Shown here piece by piece: positions 1 to 12,499 of a stretch of DNA of 64,000 nucleotides. Numbering within the stretch: position 1 is the stretch's first letter; each line of letters begins with the position of its first letter. Under the pieces are notes generated by a model that did not search any database, was not told where the DNA came from, and worked only from the letters and a program-made list of their open reading frames with translations. This stretch comes from Octopus sinensis (lineage: Eukaryota), in the NCBI RefSeq assembly GCF_006345805.1, contig NC_042997.1:68882001-68946000 (forward strand). Reading direction: 5' to 3'. The position numbers and the translations under genes are program-made.

Positions 1-56
1 GTGGAGTACAAACAACAATGTATTAGTATGGCGCTCAGGAATAGAACTAAAACAAG

Positions 57-94
57 TCTTTTACGTTTAGAGCCTACGCTCTTCGACAGAAAGA
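57..94 (-). ncRNA. Degenerate minimal hammerhead-like motif (Penelope-type)
   Basis: Minus strand reads UCUUU-CUGUCGA-A-GAGC-GUAG-GCUC-UAAAC-GUA-AAAGA: 5-bp stem I, 4-bp stem II, palindromic ACGU stem III. Two core positions deviate (A6 to U, G12 to U). Confidence 0.4.
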
Positions 95-138
95 TACACA
101 GAAAAGAAACAAGGAGAGAAAAAAATTGCGTGTAGGGA

Positions 139-177
<39 letters not shown>

Positions 178-250
178 AATAATATCAAAATACTACGCGA
201 GAATTCGCCCTAAATTTACAGTACCTACTTTATATTTATATATATATATT

Positions 251-638
251 TATCTTTTACTTGTTTCAGTCTTTTGACTGCAGCCATGCTGGAGCACCAC
301 CTTTAATCGAGCAGCTCAACCCCGGGACTTATTCTGTTGTAAGCCCAGTACTTATTCTATCTGTCTCTTTTGCCGAACAGCTAAGTAACGGGGACATAAA
401 CACACCAGCATCGGTTGTCAAGCAAGCTAGGGGGAAAACACAGACACACAAACACACACACGCATATATATACATATATACGATGGGCTTCTTTCAGTTT
501 CCGTCTACCAAATCCACTCACAAGGCTTTGGTCGGCCCGAGGCTATAGTAGAAGACACTTGCCCAAGGTGCCACGCAGTGGGACTGAACCCGGAACCATG
601 TGGTTGGTAAACAAGCTACTTACCACACATCCACTCCT
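251..638 (-). mobile_element. tRNA-derived CORE-type SINE with internal CA/TA microsatellite
   Basis: Minus strand starts AGGAGTGGATGTGTGG and has a B-box-like GGTTCAGTCCC, then GGCACCTTGGGCAAGTG (CORE-like). Tail ends GAAACAAGTAAAAGA. The same layout recurs at 3321, 27391, 34835 and 49431. Confidence 0.85.
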
Positions 639-639
639 G

Positions 640-723
<84 letters not shown>

Positions 724-889
724 TATATAATATATATATATATAATATATATATATATTTGAGTAGTTGAATGAATCATCTTATTAAGGATAATTCGAAT
801 TAACCGAAACCTGGGTAGCAAATTCACATCAGAAACATATGTCGAAAATAAAAGAATTTTGTTAATTCGTCGTTCAGCTCCATTCTTTC

Positions 890-942
<53 letters not shown>

Positions 943-966
943 TATATTATATATATATATATATAT

Positions 967-1361
967 ATAGCAGTATCACCCGGCGTTGTTCGGGTTTGTA
1001 AGGTAAATAACTATATAAGCATTTTTAGAGAGTTATAGCCAAAAGATAGCAAAAATATGCATTAAAATGGAAAAAAATTATGGTACATTTAAAAAAAATT
1101 GTTGACTCATCGTAGACATTTTTAGAGAGTTACTTCCCTTATATAGTAGCGAAAAAATGCATTAAAATGGAAAAAAATGATGGTAAATTATTTTAAAAAT
1201 CGTAGACTCATCGTAGACGCGCGCTAATACCCAGACGGGCTCGATATGAATCACGACTATAAGATACCCGGTTTTTGTTAAACTGTACAGCAAAATGTGG
1301 GAGTAGTTAGGAATCTAAATCGTAAGAGACAGACACACAACTTGACTTTTATATATAAAGA
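967..1361 (-). mobile_element. Non-autonomous Helitron, copy 1 of a tandem pair
   Basis: Minus-strand 5' TC at 1361-1360. 3' hairpin CCCGGCGTTGTTCGGG; the terminal CTAG has eroded into the TA repeat. Homologous to 1362-1867. Confidence 0.75.
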
Positions 1362-1867
1362 CTAGCAGTATCGCCCGGCGTTGCTCGAGTTTGTAAGGGA
1401 AATAACTATATAAGCATTTTTAGAGAGTTACTTCCCTTATAAATTCGGGCTTTCTTAGCCATTTTTGTTTTGGTGTCTTCAAGCCATGAAGTCGTTGTTC
1501 TAAAAGAACGCTGGTTTCCTTCACAACGCATTACGACGTTGATTTCTTTACACTCCCTTCCCCACAGCTTCACGAGGGAGGGAAGCGGGAGAAGCAAACA
1601 GGTGCAGCTGTGAGCGTGGACGCCAACTCCGCCGCCATCGACATACGATGCATTTTATGCATTAAAATGGAATAAAAAATTATGTTAAATTATTTTTAAA
1701 ATCGTAGACTCATCGTTGACGCGCGCTAATAGTCAGACGGGCTCGATATGAATCACGACTATACGATACCCGAATTTGGTTAAACTGCACCGCAAAATGT
1801 GGGAGGAGTTAGGAATCTAAATCGAAGGGGACAGACACTCACACAACTAGAGTTTTATATATATAGA
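1362..1867 (-). mobile_element. Non-autonomous Helitron, copy 2 of a tandem pair
   Basis: Minus strand: A|TCTATATATATAAAA at the 5' end, GC-rich subterminal hairpin, CTAG at 1362-1365. No TSD. Confidence 0.85.
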
Positions 1868-2689
1868 TATATTTGTATGTATGATAAATGAAAAATACAT
1901 TGTAAATAAACAACGACATTAAAAACGTATACGTATACGCTCCCTCCCTCTTGCCCTCTTTCTCCTCTACCTGCTGCTGACACGCGTAACGTAGCCAGCT
2001 TTCTCTCCTCTTTTCACATTGGTCGCGTAGCTGATCGGTTGTAAAATTTCTGTTTAAAATTTCCTTTCTTGTCTTTTTGGCTCTAAGGCTGTATTTTGCT
2101 CATTTCTTATTGATTTCGTCTTTGTTCATCGTCTTAAATTACATTTTCTAAAACTTTTGTTGTTTGTCCATTCTGTGTTGTCTTGTTTACTCGAGGCCCT
2201 ATTCTGTACGGCTTTCGCGGGAACCGCCTGCATGGCAAGTCTTAGTTTTTTCGCTAATGGTGCTGCAAAACTGAGTATTACCATTTCGTTGATAACTGAT
2301 GAAGAATTAGGGCTCTTCTCTGTCTGTCTCCCGTCCGGTTGTATATACAGTGCACATATACGCTTTTTATCTGTCGTGGTTTATTTATAATGCATTTTTT
2401 ACTTATTTATTAAGTAACGGCACGCAACACACACCGACTGTTATATATATATATATATAAATATAATCAAAATAAGCAACAAGGATATCCAGAAGTAATG
2501 CAGTACGATCGTTTCATGCAACTCCATTTAATTGAACAATGCAAGCATTACATCAATTTAAAATGTAGAGCAATCTTCAGCTGCATAAAAATATAGAATT
2601 TTGAATTATATGGATAATACCATACTAAATTCTTGTGTCTTTAACTTAAGTAACATATTCACCTGAATTTAAATTTTACTAAACACACA

Positions 2690-2739
<50 letters not shown>

Positions 2740-3060
2740 ATATATATATACGTTTAAATATTTGTTGTGCAAGAGTTTTTATGTATACATAAATGTATGT
2801 ATATATGTATATGCATATCTATTCATACAGTGCAAACTTGAAGCGCCAGATAAATACAAATAACCAGTATTTAGAAGTCCATATTTGTGTCATTGTACTA
2901 GTATAATTTTATATGAATAATTAGTTTGGATGATCTACAGTGTATATGAAGAAAATAACAAGTTAAACCATCTTACGTGCATTAACAAGAAAATGGTTAT
3001 TACTTACATAATGGATTTTAAATACTTAAAAACACTGGGAAACAAATATACGTAGCACCT

Positions 3061-3245
3061 TTTATCTTTCATCTTTTACTTGTTTCAGTCATTCCACTGG
3101 GGCCATTCTGGGGCAACACCTTGGAAATCTATTAGTCGAACTAATCGATGTAAGTACTTCTTTTAAAGCCTGGTGCTTATTCTATCGGTTCTCTTGCTAA
3201 GTTAGGAATACATTATCACACAAACATCGATTGAAAAGCAAGAAT
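3061..3245 (-). mobile_element. Decayed SINE 3' portion
   Basis: CTTTTACTTGTTTCAGTCATT and the following sequence match the SINE tail at 251-420. Confidence 0.6.
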
Positions 3246-3320
3246 GAATGTATGTGTGTATTTTTTGTTTACGGTCCCACACAACAATATCTTGTCGGAG
3301 GTTTTTTAACTTACTATTTT

Positions 3321-3774
3321 TTTTACTTGTTTCAGGCATTTGACTGTGGCCATGCTGGAGCACCGCCTTTAGTCGAGCAAATCGACCCCAGAACTTATTC
3401 TTGGTAAGCCTAGTATTTATTCTATCGGTCGCTTTTGCCGAACCGCTAAGTTACGGTGACGTAAACACACCAGCATCAGTTGTCAAGCGATGTTGATAGG
3501 GGGGACAATCACAGACACACAAATACACACACACACACACACACACGCACACACACACACACACATACACACACACACACACACACACCACACACACACA
3601 CACATATATATATATATACAATTATACGACGGGCTTCTTTCAGTTTCCGTCTACCAAATCCACTCACAAGGCTTTGGTCGACCCGAGGCTATAGTAGAAG
3701 ACACTTGCCCAAGGTGCCACGCAGTGGGACTGAACCCGGAACCATGAGGTTCGTAAACAAGCTACGTACCACAG
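3321..3774 (-). mobile_element. CORE-type SINE, 5'-truncated, fused to the R4 element
   Basis: Near-identical to 251-638 with a longer (CA)n. The head merges into the LINE sequence at CTGTGG. Confidence 0.85.
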
Positions 3775-6700
3775 TTCCACCAATATTGTTTTGACCCATC
3801 GGTCTCAATGTGATCAACTTCTTTTATGGGTATTTTCTTTTTTTTTGTTATCCTGTTCTACACCGTTCTGGACAACATGTTATACTCTCATGGGAAGATA
3901 ATATCTGAAAGAAATTCTTTCACAGTTGGCAATATGGTGAATGCCTTCGGTATTGGTCTTCTTGCCTGTCAAAGTTTTTCGCCTTTTATATTGTAGGCAC
4001 TTGTTCGTGGATTGTGTTATGTAGCCGTCACAGTGGGTTGTTATGAACTTTCCGGAACTCCGCGTTAAGCTTTTGGCATGATCAATCCCTTAAATGACTT
4101 GTGTTTTACGTGCCTAGCACACATATGCTATCTTCTCAGTGAACTGATCCCTTATGTTCTGCCTAATGCTCTTTAGGGAAAGATCAGTATCGCCTCTTAT
4201 TTCATACCTCTCCTAAACTTCATGAGCTATCCTAATTTTTGTTGTTGGTTTCATGGTCAGAAACTAGAGCAAGATAGTCACTGGTCTCTTTCTTCGCCTG
4301 CAAATGGTGTTTCAGTGTCAACTGTACGTAATATGGCATCGGTACAGATTGAAGACCACAGCCACCATGCTTGCGTGTGAAGTATAGGCTGCCTACATCT
4401 TCATTGATGTTGGTGTTTCCAGTAGCACTGAACAGCTTGCGAACATCTATGTCATTAGGTTCTTGTGGTGACCAGTTCAGAAGACCAAACGTAGGTGTGA
4501 GGACATGCATTGCAATAGGTTTATTATAAGCTGAGAGTTCTGATAACAATATTCTCTTTAATCCCCCGAGATATTCATTTCTTGTACTCTCCTTGTTTGT
4601 GGGTCCATCGAATCTGATATTCGCATCTTGTACGAGATACCTACAAATGTAACCTGACTGTAGAGGCTGCATTGTCAAGTCGCTTGTTCTTAGGATTTCA
4701 GAAGAGGGCTCAAACGTCTCATACTTTATTGTTCAGAATACATATCTGGACTCACCAAATTTTATTCTGTTTGTAGAAAATTGGGTTATAAGGTCCAGTT
4801 TTTTTGGATATGGTTGATAATTGGCCCATGTAGTTTCAGGTCGTCGACAAAGAAAAGATGGGAGACACATTTGAACCCATTTCTCTCTTTACTATATTTT
4901 ATTAGCAGATATTATAGTGAACTTAACGAGACGGTGAAGAATAACACAGACAGGCTATCAACCTGAATGATGCCATTTTGGGAGTGAATGCTATCCATTT
5001 CACTGCCGATTCGAACAATGTTGCTCACTTCCCTTTTCAGCACTGCATTGATATATTTATTTTTAGTTATTTTTAGTGCTCTTGTTTAGCAGGTGCTACC
5101 CGAGTGATACCATACAGCATTCAAAGGCCGTCTGCACTGATCTCTATCACCTTCATTTCTTCTGAGGAAGAGTCTGTCAACATCACTGTTTCTGTGGAAG
5201 TTCCCAATTGCGGGTTTTGATATCTATGGAGTGGATTTCCTCTACAGACCAATCAATTATCCCAAATGTTGGGATCAGCACTGGTACTGCAAATGCATTG
5301 TGGGATATTGCTTAGTTGTAAGAGGAGAGTTCCGACTGCCATATTTTCTTAAGTCTGGTGTAATATTCTCGGGTCACAATATCTTTATTCACAGTGCCTT
5401 CGTATGATACATTTTCGTCCATGCCTAGGTACTTATGATATTTATGAACATTTGTTCATTTGCCTATGTCAGCTGATAATGTTGTCAATTCCAGTTGCTT
5501 TTTGGCATTGTTAACACTTTTAGTATAAATCTACAGGTTTTCTACAAAGAAATTATGAATTACTTTGATAGTTGTAGCATTTGAAGACCCTGGCATGTAA
5601 CCATTTGTTTTCTGCAATGGGAACGATAATGGATTCAGTGTCAAAATGAAAAGAAGTACAGAAAGGCTATCTCCACGGAATATTCCCTTTCAAATGACTA
5701 TACTATCAGAAACAATTATTCTGTTCTCTGTTGTAATGGTTGTCCATGTCTTTGTGAGTCTCTCTATAGTAGCAATTAAGGTAGTAGGTACTTTACCAGA
5801 TGTACTTCAACAGACATGAATGAGAGATTGAATCAAATGCCTTCCTATAGTCAAACCATACTGTTACAAGGTTTCTATGTTGTTTTCTTATTCCAGACAG
5901 TACAGCTTTGTTTATTAAAAATTGTTCAGCACATCACCACACTCCCTTCTTTTCACCAGCCTCTTCATCAATCACAATGTTGATCGACTCACAATGCTCC
6001 TGTAGGGATTGGTTGACGCAAGTTGTGTACAGTTTGTTTTTTGGCATTGTTAACACTTTTAGCATAAATCTACAGGTCGTCTACAAAGAAATTATTTAGA
6101 AATATTTAGACAAGCAATGGGCCTGTAGTTTCCTGCTATCTCGGTGATTTCATTCTTGGCAACAAGATTTGCCCTTGCTGTAGCAAGCAAATTTGATATA
6201 TCAGTCTGATCTTCTATAGTTCTTTTGAACATACATATCAATTGGTTTCTATAAAATGTTAGCTTCTTGTACCAATATCAAATTATTAGGTCCCTTCCAG
6301 GTGCCTTCCCATTCTGCATTTTGCCTACTGCTATAATGAAGGTTTATGAATCAATTTTCTATGTTTTACTCTTAGTGTTAGTACAATATTCTCTCTCAGA
6401 TGTATTCAACCATGATGCATTAAGGATGAAATCCCTCTATTCGTTTCAAAGTTTTGACCAGAATCATTGTAGATCTTCTTGGGAGGGAGCTTTCTTAATG
6501 GTAATGTTTTTCTTCCTCATCTCCCTGTATGATGCTTGTGGATTGTAAGCAAAGTTGTGATTGATATTGGCTCGTTCAAAAAATCGCATGCGATAGTGCA
6601 GTTTCTCGCCCATCGTCCTGGGTTCATGCTTTAAAGTGACTAGCTTTCCATCAAGAGCTCGGTGTGAAGAGTTGCCATAAAGTTTCGTTAATTTTTGTCT

Positions 6701-7742
6701 CAGGTAGAGTTGGTGACGTAAATTCATTTTTCTCCTTACATTTTATTGTTGTAGTTAACTATCCGATATGGCGGCGCACGTCGTTGATGATTTCTTCAAG
6801 TTTTGTTTTCTGTCTAGGTTGTTTCTGTTTAGTAATTTCGTTCCTTTGTTCACTGTAGATTTCTCTTAGGTGTTCTTTAAAAGTAATAGCGGTTGTGTAT
6901 AAAAGAGCATTAATATTCCAGTAATTAAAGTCACATGATTCTATGTGCTTTCCAGTGACATCGTTGATAACTTTAAGCATTAGATCGGTCTGATTGTTTC
7001 TCTCTTGTTGGGAATGGTCTGTTGTTCAACGAAAGCTTTGAGAAAGAGGCAACATTTTTTTGCGAATTGTAATTTTAAAATGTTTTTGAGTTGGATGTAT
7101 TCTGCAGTCTTCCTTACTGAATCAGATAAATTTGGAGACACACTCGAATTTAGCGATGAATTATTTGCATTATTTTTACGCCGCTTCTGGCAGATTTTGT
7201 CCCATTCTCAGTGTTTTGGGAGGATCGAGGACCAGTTGATTTGTTTTTACAAAAGGTGTTTGTTGTCGGAGCTGTTTCGCCGTGGAGGTATTTAAGTTGA
7301 GATGAGCTTCGTTCCAGTATTGTTTTAACCGCTTCATGTATCCGATTGAAGGGTCATTTCGGGCTTTTTCATAGCAACGAAGTAAATCTTAGTTTAGTTG
7401 TTGAGTCCAAGTAAAATAGGAAGAGTACTTACGTCTTCTTAAATAACTTACTGGTGAAGTAGTTCTGTTTTCATCGGTGATGACGTTGTTAGTTCCAACT
7501 ATCGTGGTGTTAGTTTCAGCCATAATCATGTTAGCGAGATTCCACGTATAGAAGTATATTTTAAAATCTGTTCAGGATAACGCTACGTTGGTGAGTAAAA
7601 TGTATTTCTCTTATTAATTACTGGAGAAATAAACCAGTTACCGATTTAGGCTGGAGAAGTCGGCATATTTCTAGAGGAAGGTTTGTAAAACGGATTTTAT
7701 AAATGTTCATCTACACCTGTACGACTGATGTTGACGGCACCA
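3775..7742 (-). mobile_element. Near full-length decayed R4/Dong-clade LINE (family B); RLE 3' end missing
   Basis: ATG at 7523-7529 (MIMAETNTT). Motifs KAPGRDLI, RPIACLNI, FDSISH, FVENL (decayed FVDDL), YKYLG, HGGCGL. Many stops and frameshifts. The 5' end abuts (TACA)n. Confidence 0.85.
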
Positions 7743-7744
7743 TT

Positions 7745-7803
7745 ATGTATGTATGTATGTATGTATGTATGTATGTATGTATGTATGTATGTATGTATGT
7801 ATG
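7745..7803. repeat. (ATGT)n microsatellite
   Basis: Perfect tetranucleotide array directly flanking the family B 5' end. Confidence 0.95.
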
Positions 7804-8129
7804 CATGCATATATGTATGCAAGAAGCCTCGTATATGTGTATTCAAAAAAAACCAGATTACTGTGAATTGGATTTTATTATAACTGAATATAAAAACAAT
7901 CATTAATGTGTATGTGTATGGAGAGAGACATAGAGGGAGAGAGAGGGAGAGGGAGAGAGATGAGGGAGAGAAAGAAACGTAAATACATCAATATATGGAG
8001 GAATACTGAATGTAAGGTATCTCTCTTGAGGGTGGCAGCTTATCCGTAATACTTTTCCTTCCAGCTGTGAACCTCTTGTCAGCCCTGCCGAGGCAAAACG
8101 AACACTACGTGATAGAATCTGTAGATGGA

Positions 8130-8870
8130 AGGAAGGTTAATTTCACTCACAGTTATTTAGGTTGATGACCTCAAGCAAGAACTCATGTAATAGCTATGAT
8201 ACCAGGAGGTAGACGGAACTAGTCATAACAAACTCATCAACCTTAGAGGACATACAAATGTAGTTTGGTCAGGACATGTGTTCATATTTTGAAGATAAAC
8301 AAGGAAAGATTATCGACTCAGCAGCAAATATTGATATGAATAGCCTATCTCGCCTATTATCGGTGATGAATGTCGCAACTGCTTCGGAATTGGTGTGAAT
8401 ACTGCATAGATTAGTGCTGTGAGTTAAGCAGTCTTCGGAAGATATGAAAGCCAGAAGTGATATCATTCAAGATAACGTTTACCACAATGCTTTAGCAATG
8501 ACATGCTAGTACTAACATTTGTAATATCAGATTGGACACTTACAGAAATGTGCAATTTGGACGTCAGGACTAGGAAGAAAATTGGTATCCTTGTATATCA
8601 TCATTAATACTTATAGGATCTATATTATACGGAGAGATGGAGATGGTGACATAAACTTAGATATGTTTCGATCAAAGATTGGTCCAGGCCATATCTAACT
8701 TAATAGCATCAGCTGATGAAACATAATAGAACCACCTGATGAAACTTAATAGCACCGAACGAACCAGACGACCTTTGAGTTTTACTTAGAAAGCAACTGC
8801 TGAAAAGATGGCCTGGTAACATCATGCGTATACTCACCAGTGAAAGCCGTAACATTCAGACTAGGCGAAG
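8130..8870 (+). mobile_element. Heavily decayed R4-like RT/thumb fragment
   Basis: VDDLK at 8161, an FGQD-like motif, and an LDVRTRKK-like motif followed by an R.DG.G segment. Confidence 0.5.
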
Positions 8871-9456
8871 AAATCCTAAGCAAACACTCCGAATATGAAT
8901 GGACTGACCTGCTTAGACAGAGTTTTGGATGGAAAACGCTCGTTATAGCAGCAGAAAGTTAAATATCGATACATATCTCACAAGTAACAGTATTTCAGCG
9001 GTGTGTAAGTTGAGTTGGTGTGTTAGTTGAACTCTGCATGCATTCACCCAAGTGTATGCATCTATTCACGTAAGAATCTCTCATGGACATTTCTGAAATG
9101 TCTTGCAAATATCAGTAATAAATTGGATTTGGAGCATCCGCTTTAGTTTGTTTTACTCTTTCTCTGCAGAACCCAGTTTCCCAGTTTTTTTGTGCAAACT
9201 TGTTGATGCTTAACCTATGATAATATGTAGAAATGAGAACTGATAGTCAGGGAACAAGTGCTGTAAGTTCTGCATTAATTCTTTCTAAATGTTCTCTTTT
9301 ACTTGTACTTTTGACTGCTCATTTACATCTGCTGGACAGCTGACCTCTATGGGCGTGTGCGTGGTGTGAGTGTGTGTATTTGTGTGAGTAGTATATATGT
9401 GTGTGTGTCTGTGTGTGTGTGTGTGTATGTGTGTGTGTGTGTGTCTGTATGTGTAT

Positions 9457-9572
9457 GGGAGAGAGAGAAGGAAAGAGAGAGAGGGAAAGAAAGAGAGAGA
9501 GAGAAGGAAAGAGAGAGAGGGAAAGAAAGAGAGAGAGAGAAGGAAAGAGAGAGAGGGAAAGAAAGAGAGAGA
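9457..9572. repeat. 36-bp GA-rich minisatellite (about 3 units) after (GT)n
   Basis: Unit GAGAGAGAGAGAAGGAAAGAGAGAGAGGGAAAGAAA is repeated. Confidence 0.85.
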
Positions 9573-10191
9573 GACCTCGGTTACAAATAAATTGCAAAGT
9601 TTCTCTATGCAGAGTTAATATTTATGCAAAGGGAATCATTAACACATCTCCCACAATAAATAGGGCACAAAATGTAACTGCATCGCGAAGTATTTCAGCT
9701 GTTCGAAGTAGTTTCATTTAAAAGCATCGCAGTTATCCTTGAGGTAAAGATTTATAAATATTTCAGAGAGAAATAATAGCCACGGGAAGCAACTCCATAG
9801 CAGGGATTTATTCATACATGGGAAGCAACTCCCACAAATATTTCACCCGGTAATTCCCCGTTTACCGTTGCTACTTTTTCGTTTTTTTTCTCTGTTTTTC
9901 TTAGATCAAATGTAGACAAATACTTGTATAGGTATTAAATTGTCCTTATATCTATATCTAAAATAAACGATCACGTATATAATGAGAGACGATCGATTGT
10001 CAGTATCCCAACTTTTTCTTATTTGTAGCGAAGGCAGTGTACATTATTCAGTCTGGCTTTTACATTTTAATTTGATAGGTTACGGTTTGAGTTATTCTGC
10101 TTTTTCTAACAGGTTCAGCAAGGACGTAGAATTTCCTTTATTGCCACATATGTAGTAGAAATTTATCATTGTACGAAGAACATACATACAT

Positions 10192-11640
10192 ACGTCAACT
10201 GTGATCCAGAAACTCCATGATGTAAAAGCACCTGGAAGAGACTTGATTGTTGGATATTGGTAACAAGAAACTAACATTCTACCGACCATGTCTTGTCAAA
10301 CTGTACCAGCAAGCTTTCATTGGGAACAGTAGCATACCACACTGGTTAGCTCTGGCAGAGACAAAATTGATCCTCAAATACAGAACCACCCACATGGCAA
10401 AAAAACTACCGGCCAACTGCATGCCAAAACTTAATGTATAAGATATATACAGAATGTTTAAACCTATTCCTCAAGTTCCTGATGCACAAAAGGGATAGAG
10501 ATAGAGGCAAAACCATAAGATGTGAGAAGCGATGTAGACTTTGTGGAGTTTTGGAGACTTTTAGAGTTTGGTCAGGATAAATGTTGCTATATGGTTGTGA
10601 AAACTATGAACCAGACTAGTAACATCTCCATTAATGATTTAATTGTTTCCTCTGTATCTGATGAGGAATGTTACAGGAATCTAGAGGTGGCTGAAAACAT
10701 ACATTACAATGGCACCTTACAAATATACCTTACAATGAAAGAGCCGTAAAATGAGGCAACTAATGCAGAGTTTGTGGAGTTCAGACTGGAGATATCACCC
10801 ACATCATAAGAAGTTGCCGGAAATGTCATCACGGTATTATCTACCGATGAGACAAGACGTTGTATCTACAATGAAATCCGTCGGAAGGATAATCCCAAGG
10901 ACAAAGAAGTAAAAACCCACAATACGGTAGACGTCACAGCCACTCATAGTGAAAAGGAATACTGGTAGAATGCACTAGTAAAGACCTCAATAAAATGTAA
11001 GCACAACAGACCTGATATAAGGATTTGGGAGAGAAGAGAAACTGTGCGGAGTTGTGGAAATTAGGGGATGTTAACATAAGATCAATGAAAAAGAGAATAC
11101 CTATGCTGAACTATTGAGAAATCTAGAGTTACTCTATCCAGAGTACAAGTTCAGGTTTATACCTGTAATTATTGGGGCACTGGGATATGTAATACACTGC
11201 CTAAATTCCAATCTTGAGAAATTAGGCTTCTCAAACCAGAAAGGAGAGAGCTAATTCGAAGGCTACAGATTCAATCAATTGCTGGAACTGTAAACATCTG
11301 TAAAACTTTCCAGAAGTTTATCATTTAAATATATATGAGTATGTCTAGATATGTAACTCTATGCATGAGAATACATACATAAAACATACAAATCTGCACA
11401 TACATACAAACATACATACATACATACATACATACATACATACATACATACATACATACATACATACATACATACACACACACATACATACATACATACA
11501 TACATACATACATACACACATACATACATACAAAAATACCCTGTTTTTGACGTTGAAATTCCAATGAAAGAACTTTGGATCTAGGTTAGAAACCGGTTCT
11601 TTCTCTGTTAGCAAGACATCTAGAAATAAACTGAATAACG
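10192..11640 (+). mobile_element. 5'-truncated, internally deleted R4/Dong LINE (family B) with 3' UTR
   Basis: KAPGRDLIVGYW matches 6290-6320(-). Also FGQDKC, HNRPDI and FIPVIIGALGY...ICKTFQKF. The 3' UTR contains (CATA)n and ends AAATAAACTGAATAAC. Confidence 0.8.
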
Positions 11641-11869
11641 ACACACACACATACATTCATACATACAGTCATACTTACATACATACATAAGTATGTGCAT
11701 TACCATGACTCTGTATGTGTGTGTGTGTGTGTTTATGTACGTGTGCGTCTGTGTGTTTGTGTGTATATATATGCATGTATTATGTTGAGTCAAAAATTTT
11801 GCAATATTTTGGTGGTAACTTATTTGTTCTGTTCATCGATTTACAACAAGAACAGCCTGTCATTCAGGG

Positions 11870-12140
11870 TAGATGCCATTGTGTTGAATCGTCTGAAGAG
11901 GCCTTTCTGCTAATTCTTTGATCCTAATCGGTTTCCAGTTCTTGTCCTTCGAGGCGAGAAACTCGTTCACTGATCTTCCACCTCTTCCTAGTCGGTGAAG
12001 GTAGTGAGCAATGGATCGGAACAAGTAATAATCTGAGGGAGATACGTCCGGACTATATACTGGGTGGCATCAGCTGAATTCCCTCAAGTTCTTCTATGAG
12101 AGTACATACTTTTTCTTGTTTGTCCAAAACCACAATATCC
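11870..12140 (-). mobile_element. Mariner transposase C-terminal fragment
   Basis: Minus strand reads HP.YSPD.SPSDYYLFRS, the mariner YSPDL motif. Confidence 0.75.
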
Positions 12141-12499
12141 GGCCTATTATGCTTTCACTTGACACATGTTTTGATGGTAATGTTCCAGTGATATTCCTTG
12201 TGCTTGTATTCGTGTGCGTGTTCAAGAACAAGGGGTTCTTTATATTTATTCCAGGGCAGTCTATTTAATGGATGGCATTCTATATTGCTTTTACGACAAC
12301 GCCATGTCGCATAGGATGTAATATCATGGTAACAATTTTGGATAACTGCTAATCAGATGTGTGATGCCTTCCACAAAAATATGACACTATCTATATCATC
12401 GGTTACTTCTTGTTACTGTTTTCGAAAAACATACTCATGCATATATATTTGGGTTGGTGTATGTTGGTCGTTTCACATCCACGCCTTCATTGAGGTATG

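Noticed and set aside
9457-9572. 36-bp periodic repeat (CRISPR-like length)
   Set aside because: No unique spacers, purine low-complexity, eukaryotic context and no cas genes.
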